Shown in pieces: positions 27,924-42,354 of a stretch of 64,000 bases of DNA. The position numbers and the translations under genes are program-made. This DNA comes from the human T2T-CHM13v2.0 reference genome, Homo sapiens. The notes beneath the pieces are model-generated. The model worked only from the letters and a program-made list of their open reading frames with translations. It did not search any database and was not told the DNA's origin. The first letter of the stretch is position 1, and each line of letters starts with the position of its first letter. The stretch lies in assembly GCF_009914755.1 (NCBI RefSeq), contig NC_060947.1. The stretch is one strand, 5' to 3'.

Positions 27924-30120
27924 TGATATGGTTTAAATCTGTGTCCTCACCCCAATCTCATGTTGAAATGTAATCCCCAATGCTGAAGATGGGGCCTGGT
28001 TGGAGGTGAGTGGATCATGGGGGCAGTTTCTCATGATTTAACACCATCCCCCTTGGTGCTATCATAGCAATAATGAATTCTCACGAGATCTGGTTGTTTA
28101 AAAGTATGTGGCACCTTCCCCCTCTCTTGCTCCTACTCTGGCCATGTAAGATGTGCCTGCTTCCCGTTTGCCTCCTGCCATGATTATAAGTTTCATGAGG
28201 CCTCCTCAGAAGCAGAAGCTGCTATGCTTCCTGTACAACCTGCAGAATCATGAGCCAATTAAACCTCTTTTCTTTACAAATAACCCAGTCTCAGGTATTT
28301 CTTTATAGCAATGCAAGAATGGACTAATATAGAAAATTGGTACCAAGGAGTGGGGCATCGATATAAAGATACCTGAAAATGTGAAAGCAGCTTTGGAACT
28401 GGATAATGGGGAGAAATTGGAAGAGTTTGGAGGCACAGAAGAAGATAGGAAGATGAGGGAAAATTTGGAACTTCCTAGAAACTTATTGAATAGTTGTGGT
28501 CAAAATGCTAATAACGATATGGACAGAGATGGCCAGGCTGATGAGGTCTCAGACGAAGATGAAGAACTTATTGGGAACTGGAGTAAAGATCACTTTTGTT
28601 ATTCTTTAGCAAAGAACTTGGAGGCATTGTGCCCCAGCTCTAGGGATCTGTGGAACTTTGAACTTGAGAGTGATGATTTAGGGTATCTGGCAGAAGAAAT
28701 TTTTAAGCAGCAAAGTGTTCAGGAAGTAGTCTGTCTGCTTCTAACAGCCTATGCTCATATGCATGAGCAAAGAAATGACCTGAAACTGGAACTTATATTT
28801 AAAAGGGAAGGAGAGCATAAAAGTTTGGAAAATGTGCAGCCTGGCCATGTGGTAGAAAAGAAAAACCCATTTTCAGGGGAGGAATTCAAGCTGGCTGCTG
28901 AAATTTGCATAACTAAAAGGAAGGCAAAGTGCTGATAGCCAAGACAATGGGGAAAAGGCCTTGAAGGCATTTCAGAGATCTTTAAGGCGGCCCTCCCATC
29001 ACAGACCCAGAAGCCTAAGAGGGAAGAATGGTTTCCTGGAACAGGCCCAGGGCCCCACTGTGCCAGGCAGCCTCCAGACACTGCTCCCTACATCCCAGCT
29101 GCTCCACCTCCACCCATGGCTCAAAGGGGCCCAGCTACAGCTCAGGGCACTGCTCCAGAGGGTGTAAGCCATAAGCCTTGGAGGCTTCCAAGTAGTGTTA
29201 AGCCTGCAGGTGCATAGAGCACAAGAGTTGAGGGTTGGCAGCCTCTGCCTAGATTTCAGAGGATGTATGGAAAAGCCTGGATGTTGAGGCAGAGGCCTGC
29301 TGCAGGGGCACAGCCCTCATGAAGAACATCTACCAGGGTAGTGCAGACGGGAAATGGGAGGTTGGAGACCCCACACAGAGTCCCCACTGGGGCATTCCCT
29401 AGCGGGGCTGTGAGAAGAGGGCCATTGTCCTCCAGACCCAAGAAAGGTATATCAACCAGCAGCTTGTACCCTGCACCTGGAAAGGCTACAGGCACTCAAC
29501 GTCAGCCTGTGTGAGCAGCTGCAGAGGCTGAAGCCTGAAAAACCACAGAGGTGGAGCTGCCCAAGACCTTGGGAGCCCACCCCTCACACCAGTGTGCCCT
29601 GGATGCGAGACATGGAGTCAAAGAATTTTATTTTGGAGCTTTAAGATTTAATGACTGCCCTGCTGGGTTTTAGACTTGCATGGGGACTGGAGCCCTTTTC
29701 TTTTGGCCAATTTCTCCCTTTTGGAATGGAAGTATTTACCCAATGCCTATAATCCCGTTGTATCTTGGAAGTAACTAACTTGCTTTTGATTTTACAGCCT
29801 CATAGGTGGAAGGGACTTGCCTTGTCTCAGATGAGATTTTGGACTTTGGACTTTTGAGTTAATGATGAAATAAGGTAAGACTTTGGGGGGACTGCTGGGA
29901 AGGCATGATTGTATTCTGCTCCTAATTCAGTCATGTAAGATGTGCCTGTTTCCCCTTTACCTTCCGCCATGATTGTAAGTTTCCTGAGGCCTCCCCAGAA
30001 GCAGAAGCCACTATGCCTCCCGTATAGCCTGCAGAACTGTGAGCCCGTTAAACTTCCTTTCCTTATAAATTACCCAGTCTCAGGTATTTCTTTATAGCAA
30101 TGCAAGAATGGACTAATATA
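27924..30120 (+). mobile_element. MSTA/THE1-family MaLR provirus: 5' LTR 27924-28331, internal region, 5'-deleted 3' LTR
   Basis: tgatatggttt...ggactaatata LTR; internal start gaaaattggtacc; the 3' half of the LTR is repeated at ~29915-30120; TSD cacac/cacag. Confidence 0.92.
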
Positions 30121-30445
30121 CACAGGAAATCAGTTTCACAACTACTACAGAGCTCCTCAAGTATAACCTAAGGATGCTGAAGAAAACTGAATGAAAGATC
30201 CACTACTTCATTATTATTTCAGAGCTGTGATTGGAAGCATGTACTTAAACACCAGCTATTCATAATCACAGGATAATAGATGGTCCCTGAATTTATTCAG
30301 GGATTTAAATTTATGGCTTCATAGAATAAAAATTACGCACTTCCCTTAGGAAGTAAAATATTTGTCCATCCCAAGGAAAGAGAAGCATATTTTATTCAAC
30401 CTTGATGAGACCAGATTTCAGTGCAGCTCAGTATGTTATGGTGGG

Positions 30446-30888
30446 TATATTAGTTTTTTAGGACTACCATGACAAAGTATTACGAACTTGGTGGCTTGAA
30501 ACAACAGAAATGTATTCTCTTACAGTTCTAAAGTCCAGAAGCCTAAAGCCAAGGGATCAGTAGGACCAGCCTTCCTATGAAGGTTCCAGAGAAGAATTCT
30601 TCCTTACCACTTATTAGCTTCTAGTGTATCTTGCAATCCTTAGAAAAGCTTGAGATATAGCACCATCACTCAAACCTCTGCCCTCATTGTATATGGCCTT
30701 CTTCCTTCTGTGTCTGTGTGTCCACTCCCCATATGAAGACACCAGTCATTGGATTTAGGGCCCACACTAATCTAGTATGACCTCATCTTAACTAGTTACA
30801 ACTGCAAAGATTCTAGTTTCAAATAAGGTCACATTCTGAAACTCTGGGTGGATGTGATATTCTGTAGGGCACTATTCAACCCACTACA
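30446..30888 (-). mobile_element. MLT1B/C-like MaLR solo LTR
   Basis: ggtggcttgaaacaacagaaatgtattctcttacagttct...actattcaacccactaca. Confidence 0.8.
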
Positions 30889-31258
30889 GTGGGCACTCTC
30901 AATCGGATATGGTGCCAAAGAGTCACAGCTCTTAGCAGATTAATCTCCTATAAGGCTTCTTGGTTCCACATAAGAGCAGGAGACTGCGAACTGTTTTCCC
31001 TCCAGGTCTTCACACTTTAGTGTAATTTGGTAGTCTACAAGCAATGCCCAATTTAGAGCAGTATACTAAACATGTGCAGTTTTTACCTTCTTTTATTTGC
31101 CAAGGTATCTTAGCTCTTGACAAAAGTTAAAATTGACATAGAAAGCAGAAAAAGCAGTGATTTAAACTAAAACTCTTTTAAAATGTTGACCAAACATTAA
31201 TTCACACTAGCCAAAGAGGAAGGTGATTCTAATGTTCAGCCAAATTGTTAACAACTTT

Positions 31259-31420
31259 AGAGCAGTGGTTTTCCAAATATGATCTCTAGACAAACAGCAT
31301 AGGCATCATCTGGGAGCTCCTAAGAAATACAGAATCTCAGCCCTCACTCCAAATCCATAGAATCAGAATCTTCATTCTAACGTTATTCTCCAGATGACTG
31401 ATGTGCTCTGTTCTAAAACT
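31259..31420. mobile_element. MER5A-like relic
   Basis: agcagtggttttccaaa...gaatcagaatcttcattctaac...ccagatga. Confidence 0.7.
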
Positions 31421-34400
31421 CTGATGCCAAAAGTAAAAGTCTAACCCTCCCATGTAATTCTATACTTTCTGGCAGGAATGGGTATTTGTTTTGCTGAGGG
31501 CTGATAGGGAATGTTAAACACATACACACTTGCACATACTGGTCCTTTGCCTTCCCACAGAGTGGCAGCAGCTTTCCAAATGAACAAGCTGTTTCCATGA
31601 CACCAAATCCTTAATTTGAAGCAGATACACCAACCACCCAGGAGCGTGATAGCATGAAGCACCATTTCATATTTATTTTATTTAGGTTCTTGGTCTCAAA
31701 CATCTCCTCCTTGAAAAAGAAATCTTTGAGAAGAAACACTAATATTTAAAGCAACACTTTAATTGGCAAATTTGTCCCCTTTCTTTGTCCTATAAATAGA
31801 GCACTCTGAATTATTCTGTTAAGTCCCTTTTCATGATTAATCAATCAGAGATAATATGAATGACTAGTAAATTAATTATACTACTATGAGTATACAGTCT
31901 GCCCATCTAGTGAATGTTTTCCTTTTCTCGATCACAGTTCCAGGCCATTTTATTCTTAATACATTCTTTAAATTCAACTTATTCTTTGCTGTGAACATGT
32001 ATCTTTCTGTCACTCCTCTGAACAAATAATGGAAAAATTCTCCATTTTGCATCATCTATACTGAACAATATCCTGACATGAGAGAGGCAAACTCAGGAAT
32101 GTGACTAAAAGCAATTTATTTGCATTAACAGCAGCATGGAAAGACGGTGAATCGAGTCTAGCATGTCCTGAACAAGCCTCCTTTAAATGTTTATCTCCAC
32201 AGCTTTTCTAAATTAATTTACCCCACCAACAAATTTAAAGGGAAACAACAGTGTGTTGAATGCCAACCAGTTAAAAATAGTCAAGTCTGTTCTGCAGGGA
32301 ACAGATCAAATTCAAAAGTACAGAAAGGAGCCGTGTGCAAAGAGGGCAATTAAATAAGCACATACATAATATGGCTCACAGTCACAAAACTGCAGGCTCA
32401 GGTGCAAATCAGCTTCACTGTCAGAAGGTTCAGGCAGGAGCTGTTAGAATTCTTCACAGCATTTTCGAGCCCGGGACACCTACCAGGCTTTCACCCACCT
32501 GCTCACACACCAGATAAAATTTGAGAAAAAGAGAGTGTTGCTTGAATGCATAATTCCCAAATGCCTAAGGCAAATAGAGGTCTGAATCTGAGGGATTCAC
32601 CCATTCTTTGTTCCTATGCTCCTGAGATTCAGCCATTCAGTCCCAGGATTGTAGGGTATGAATCATTGCTGTAAATCATTTTGGATTTCTAAATATATAA
32701 GGACAATTTAAGAGAAAAAACAAGGTGACATTCCTTCCACAACCTTCAAGAGCTGGCTCTGTGACAAGAATCAGCACCAGGGGAACCCAGCCACGAGAAA
32801 GAAGAGGTAGCCCAGAAAAATCCCTTCTAGACGGAAGGATAACAGGAAATGGGATAAAGGAGCAGGGAATGAAGCAAGGACTGACAAAACAGAGCTGAGC
32901 TTAGAGCTCAACCAGCTGCCTTCTCTATCATGTAAATTTCTCAAGGAGTTACATGGGCTGCATTTGCTACACAGGTGTTGCAGCTGCCCTCTCATCCCAT
33001 ATCTCCATGAGGATGTGGCCCATGTCTATTTTCTTCATAGTTGTATCTCCAGCATTGAGTACACTGATAGGCATTAGTAGGAGCACAATGTACATATTTG
33101 ATGGAATTAACTGATTAATGAATGAAACAAAAAGGTTCCCAGCAAAGTTTATCAAATACTATTTTTGTAGAATTATCATTATAATTATCATTATAAAAAT
33201 GATACCTGTATTTTTCTGGGGAAATGTGGAAAAGAACATTTTTCCATAGACAAAATAAAATCACATACTGAAATGGAAGAAAAACTGTAAATCTCATTAA
33301 AGGAAACAATTGTGCTCTCCTAATAAAATATTATACATAATATAAATGGAAACATAAGCATGAAATAAGTAAGGATTTTCTTTTTTTAGTTTGGCTCAAT
33401 AATTTATCCAGCATTGATAGCCTAGCTGAACAGAAAAGCTAGGCCAGCGAAGCTACTGAACTTTGATCAAAGTTCCTGCACAATATTTTTGCCTCTGTAT
33501 TTCACAGTAACATTCAACTTCCCTTGGATCCTCAGATTCAAACATACTATGGAAGTTGATGGTGGTGATGACTAAATTTCCCTGGATGGATGAACAAAAC
33601 AGGTTTATGAACCAATTTGCAGCAGCAATTAACAAGCATATGAAGAAGATACTGACTAGAATATATGAAAGAGGCTGGGAAAGTATTTTTAGCACACCAA
33701 CATGCAGTAGAAATGTAGGAGGGAGTGAATCTTGGCAGTGTAAAAGGTCTAATTGTGTTGCAGATGCTCTACTATGTGAGAAATCTTAATAGCTCTTACA
33801 CCATCCCAAATCCCTGACCCAGCCCCAGGCTCATTCGGCATCCAGTAACGGAATAGATGGAGCTACACTCACAGCCCCCACAGCAAGCAGATGGAGAAGC
33901 AGCAGCAGGATTCTGTATGGGGGAGGTTGATGCCCAGTGCTCCCTCTAGCACTAAAATTCTGTGGGAACCTGGATTGCCCAGGACACAAAAGTAGACCAT
34001 AATAAAGTGTTGTGACTTTCCAATCCCTCTGTCACACCTTCCCAAAGTCAGATGTTTCTAAAGGGTACTCCACATGGGCTCTGCACTTCTCTGTTACCCT
34101 CCTGATGCAGTCTCTGTGAGAGCTCAACCATGGATGTCATCAGAGCTCAGGTCTTAGGCCCTGCTGCTCACCACATATCAGACAAAGAGGTTACCTCCCG
34201 TCTCGGTCTGCACAGGGATGACTGTTCATAACTGCTGTCCAGGTCACACCACATGTAGCATATACCAGCCTGACCCTATCACCTCTGGCTCACACCATTC
34301 CTGGACATGCCTACTGCCTCCCACTGCCAGCACCTGCAGCTTTCCACCTGAGGGCTTTCTCATATGAGGGCAGACAGGAAGTGCCGGGAGTTAGTTACCC

Positions 34401-34994
34401 CAGGAGTAGTTCTCAGCCAGAAATGATAGAATTGGAGGATAAAATCCCTAGCTTCCTTGCCCTTTGGATGGAATAACTCTGAAGGATGTTTTATATTATC
34501 TCTCAGATGCCCCTAGTAAGACTGAGCTTCACCCACAGTGGTCATCTGCTCAATGGTGTACACTTTATTGCCATTTGTTACAAAATATACTTTTGTGTTT
34601 TATAACCCAGCCCTCATTTCCAAGCAAGGAAACAATGGAATTGCTTTTGTTCCCACACAGACAAGTACTTTAACATTACAATTTCCTATGAAAGAGGAAG
34701 TGTGGCAGGCATGTCAGAGACTGCCCATTTAACCTCAGGCCTTACCATTGTAAGCTGGCGGACTGCCAGCTGCCAGCACCTACAGCTCTCCACCTGAGGG
34801 TTTGCTCTGGCTACCAGGGCCCACTTTGCCACCCACAACATGCTAGAAACAGCAGGGAGTTGATACACTCAGGAGCAGCCCTCAACCTATGACTGAGAGG
34901 GATAGCTCTGAAACACTTATTCCATGCTGGCTCTCAGTATTCCTAGTGGAATCATGCTCCAGTTACCCGTGATGCTAACTTGCTTGATAACACT

Positions 34995-35135
34995 CCCTTC
35001 CCTTCCCCTTCTCCTTCTCCTTCCCCTTCCCCTTCCGCTTTCCCCTCGTGTCTCCTCCTGTCCCCTCCCTGTGTCCTCCCTTCCCTTCCTCTTTTCCCAC
35101 CCCTTCCTCCCCTCCCTTCCCCAATTCACTTCCCC
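34995..35135. repeat. Polypyrimidine/polypurine low-complexity tract
   Basis: (cccctt)/(cttc)-type repeats, almost all C/T over ~140 bp. Confidence 0.9.
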
Positions 35136-35179
35136 ACTCTCCTGTCAGTGTTTCCTGGGATCAATTTCCAAATTAATTA

Positions 35180-35523
35180 CAGTTGCCCCTTGCTATCCAT
35201 GAGGGATTGGTTTCGGGACTTCCCCACAGATACCAAAATCCACAGATGCTCAAGTCCCTTATATAAAATAGTGTTGTTTTTCCATATAACCTATGCACAT
35301 ATTCTTGTATACTTTAAATTATCTCTATATTACGTATAATACCCAATACAACGCAAATGCTATGTAAGTAGTTATACTGTCTTGTTTGGGGAATAAAGAC
35401 AAGGGAAAAAATCTGTAAATATTCAGTAGAGACACAATTATCCCATTTTTCTGAATATTTTTGATCCACAGTTGGTCAAATCTACTGATGTGTGTGTAAC
35501 CCATGGATATAGAGGGCTGACTG
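35180..35523. mobile_element. MER2 (TcMar-Tigger)
   Basis: Terminal inverted repeats cagttgccccttgctatccatg / catggatatagagggctgactg, ~345 bp, preceded by TA. Confidence 0.88.
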
Positions 35524-35879
35524 CACTTGTACTCGTGTCTTAGCCTCAGGGTCTGTTTCTAGGGAAAGATAGTAAGATAGGGAAGAGATGCAATTCCAAA
35601 TGTCTGTGACTCTAAATGCCAAATAAGCATCCAGAGAAAGACACGAACCCTTAAATCCCTAAATTTTGTTTCCTACAAAGATTAGTGTGAAGGTAAAATG
35701 AAGCCCTTGGAGTTCCAAGGCCTCAGGATTATTTACCAAAAAGTTTATCTCTAAGAACACTTCTGAGCCCAGTACTGAGTTACCAAAGATTCTAATGTAC
35801 TACTCTGGTCCTTCAGCATTTCTTTTGTATCTATTCCACAGGATATAATGAGCCTCTTAAAAGAACCTGCCTGGTCAAA

Positions 35880-38793
35880 ATTTTAAAAAATATTTGTTTT
35901 TATTTTTGTGGGTATGTAGTTGCTATATATATATATATTTATGGGTTTCATGAGACGTTTTGATACAGGAATATAATATAAAATACGCAAATTATCAAGA
36001 ATTGAGTATCCATTCCCTAAAGCATTTTTGCTTTGAGGTACAAACAATCCAATTACACTCTTTAAGTAACTTAAAATGTACAATTCAGTTATTATTGACT
36101 ATAGTCACCTGGTTGTGCTATCAAATAGTAGGTTTTACTCATTCTTGCTACTTTCTGTACCTGTTAACCATCCCCATTTCCTCCCAGCCCCCCACTACCT
36201 TTCTCAGGCTCTAATAACCATCCTTCTACTCTCTATTTCCATGAGTTTAATTGCTTTGATTTTTAGATCTCACAAAAAAGTGAGAATATGTGATGTTTGT
36301 CCTTCTATGCCTGGCTTATTTCACTTAACATAATGATCTCCAGTTCCATGCATGTTGTTGCAAACGATTGAATTTCATTTTTAATAGCTGAATAGTACTC
36401 CATCATGTATATGTACCACAAATTGTTTATCCATTCATCTGTTGGTAGATGCTCAGGTTGCTTCCAAATCTTGCCTATTGTGAACAGAGCTGCAACAAAC
36501 ATAGAAATGTAGATACCTCTTCAATATACCGATTTCCATTCTTTTGGGTGTATACCCAGCAGTGGGATACCTGGGTCATATGGTAGCTCCATTTTTAGTT
36601 TTTTGAGGAATCTCCAAACTGTTCTCCAAAGAGGGTGTACTTATTTACATTCCCACCAAGAGCGTACAAGGGTTCCCTTTTCTCCACATCCTCGCCAGCA
36701 TTTCTTATTGCCCGTCTTTTAAATAAAAGTTATTTTAACTGAGGTGAGATGATATCTCCTTGTAGTTTTGATTTGCTTTTCTCTGATGATCAATGATGTT
36801 CAACACCTTTTCATATGCCTGTTTGCCATTTGTATGTCTTCTTTTGAGAAATGTCTATTCAAATCTTTTACCCATGTTTTGATTGGATTGTTAGATTTTT
36901 TTTCTACAGAGTTGTTTGAGCTGCTTATATATTCTGGCTATTAATCCCTTGTCACATGGGTAGTTTGCAAATATTTTGTCCCATTCTGTGAGTTGTCTGT
37001 TCACTTTGTGGATTGTATCCTTTGCCATGCAGCTTTTGAACTTGATGCGATCTCATTTGTCCATTTTAGCTTTGGTTGACTTAGCTTTTGTGACTTGTGC
37101 GGTATTACTCAAGAAATTTTTGCCCAGACCAATGTCCTGGAGATTTTCCCCAATGTTTTCTTGTTGGAGCTTCATAGTTTGAGGTCTTGATTTAAGTCTT
37201 TAATCCATTTTTATTTGATTTTTATATATGGTGGGAGAGAGAGGGGTCTAGTTTCATTCTTTTGCATATGCATATCCAGTTCTCCCAGCACCATTTATTG
37301 AAGAGACTGTCTTTTCCTCAGTGTATGCTCTCGGCACCTTTGTTGAAAATGAGTTCATTGTAGGTGCATGGATTTGTTTCTGTGTTCTCTGTTCTGTTCC
37401 ATTGGTCCATGTGTCTGTTTCTATTCAATGTGTCTGTTTTTATATCAGCACTATGCTGTTTTGGTTACTGTAACTCTGTAGCATAATTTGAAGTCAGGTA
37501 ATGTGATTCCTCCAGTTTTGTTCTTTTTGCATAGAATAGCTTTGGCTATTCTGGGTCTTTTGTGATTCCATATAAATTTTAGGATTGTTTCTATTTCTGT
37601 GAAGAATGTCATGGTTATTTTGATATGGATTGCACTGAATCTGTAGATTGCTTTAGATATTATGGACATTTTAACAATATTGATTCTTACAACCCATGAA
37701 TATGAAATATTTTCCCATTTTTGGTGTCCTCTTCAATTACTTTCATCAATGCTTTCTAGTTTTCATTATAGAGATCTTTTACTTTTTTGGTTAAGTTAAT
37801 TTCTAGCTATTTAATTTTATGGGTGGCTATTGTAAATGAGATTACTTTTTAATTTCTTTTTCACATTGATCATGTTGGCGTACAGAAATGCTACTGAATT
37901 TGCATGTTGATTTTGTATCCTGCAACATTACTGAAATTGTTTATCAGTATTAATAGTTTTCTTGTGTAGTCTTAAGGTTTTTCCAAATATGAAATCATAT
38001 CATCTACAAAAAAGGATAATTTGACTTCTTTCCAATTTGGATGCCTTTTATATGTTTCTCTCATCTGCTCTAGCTAGTACTTCTAGTACTATTTTGAATA
38101 AGAGTGGTGACAGTGCACATCGTTGAGGTATTCCAGATCTTAGAGAAAAGGCTTTCAGGTTTTCGCCATTCAGGATGATACAAGCTGTGGGTCTGTCATA
38201 TATTGTTTTTATTATGTTGATGCATGTTTCTTCCATCCCCGGTATTTTGAGGGTTTTTATCATGAAGGGATGTCGAATTTTATCAAGTCCTTTTTCAGCA
38301 TCAATGAAAATGAGACTCTTGTTCTCTTCCCTTACTTTCTCTAAAACAAATGGAGGTTGTGTCTCTGTTCTGAGCCACTTACAGCTGGGGGTGAAGTAAG
38401 TAAGACCAGCATCCCTGTGGTCACCACCGCTATGACTGCACTGGGTCTGACCTAAAGCCAGCACAGCACTGGGTCTCACCCAAAGCCTGCTGTAACCACT
38501 CCCTGGTTGCTGCCTATGTTCGCTCTCCCTCCCCGAGCACCCAAGAGAGACTCTCCACAACACGCCGCTGCTGCCACAAGGAAGCGGGGTGGGCATTGTG
38601 ATTCAGGACAATTTTTTCTATCTCCTCACTGTCTCTTTCAGTGATATGAAATTATAACCAGGTACTATGAACGCTCTGATTTTTTGGTTTTTCTGAAGAT
38701 GTATTTTTCTGTGTAGATAATTGTTAAATTGGTGCCCTTGTTGGGGCGATGATCAGTGAAGCATTCTATTCCACCATCTTGCTCCACCTCCCA
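35880..38793 (-). mobile_element. L1MA2-like element with both termini but large internal deletions (L1-A)
   Basis: 3'UTR and ORF2 3' part at 35880-38310, fused to 5'UTR pieces ending ctattccaccatcttgctcc; TSD ctgcct(g/a)gtcaa at 35867-35878 and 38795-38806. Confidence 0.9.
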
Positions 38794-38811
38794 TCTGCCT
38801 AGTCAATCTTA

Positions 38812-39183
<372 letters not shown>

Positions 39184-39677
39184 TTAAAACACTGTACCCA
39201 TGTGTTCTTCACCTTTCAAAGTGCACTTTAACAAAGTTGTCATCTTTTATTCTTATTATAAAAGTAATAGAGGCTCATTGTAGATAATCTGAAATAATGT
39301 GCAAAATTAAGATCATGCTATGTAATAATATTTTAAAATAAATAAAATACTTATTTTAAATAAATACAGCTCTCAATTTGCCATAATCATTTGGGCTGAG
39401 GAATCATGAATAATATTGAAACAACAAATAATATAACAAAAAAACCCATCCGTCATTTTGTTTTTTCTTTAAATCTCGTCCTTCTCCTCCACTTTGATGA
39501 ATCCATTTTACATGAACTGTTTTCTTAACCGAAGTAGACTGATTAAAATGTAACAACCTTTTCCCTCTCTGCCCACCTTTCTAAGAACTGTTAATGAACA
39601 GTAAACTGGTCAATCAGCAGGGTCAAAGAGCAGAGAAAAGTAACAGAGGCAAAGTTGATGGAGATGACAACTAGCTT

Positions 39678-42018
<2,341 letters not shown>

Positions 42019-42354
42019 TAGCTTCTTTAGATAATCAAGGCTGATTGTGCATTCACTTTCCCATGAATGTCTAAAGCTGTGAAGGGCAATTGCCGAGTGC
42101 ATTAAGAGAAAGGAGCTCTATCTGGGAGTTCTTTGTAGTCAATACAAGGAGGAAAGAAGGCCCCCAGCAGATGTGCTCCTGAATTTGTTGAAAGATTGGA
42201 AGATATCCCCTCTGAAATAACAGTTAACAAGAACTAGCAAATAAAATAAAAGAGCTTGCATATAAACAGTAGATGCCTCCCCAGTAGACAACTCATCTAA
42301 AAGAACTCTTAAAGACACTGGTTACTGATAAAAGAGAATGATTTTTGAAACCCT

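Larger units (their letters stand above)
34260..35565. mobile_element. Two tandem LTR16-like (ERVL) LTR remnants; the second is interrupted by a pyrimidine tract and MER2
   Basis: Repeated motif ctgccagcacct(g/a)cagct(t/c)tccacctgagg at ~34324 and ~34770; end ctcagggtctgtttctaggg at ~35545. Confidence 0.6.

Noticed and set aside
33484-33610. Possible exon (good acceptor tttcacag at ~33507, donor cag|gtttat at ~33603)
   Set aside because: Weak donor and no supported coding frame; cannot be supported without RNA data.
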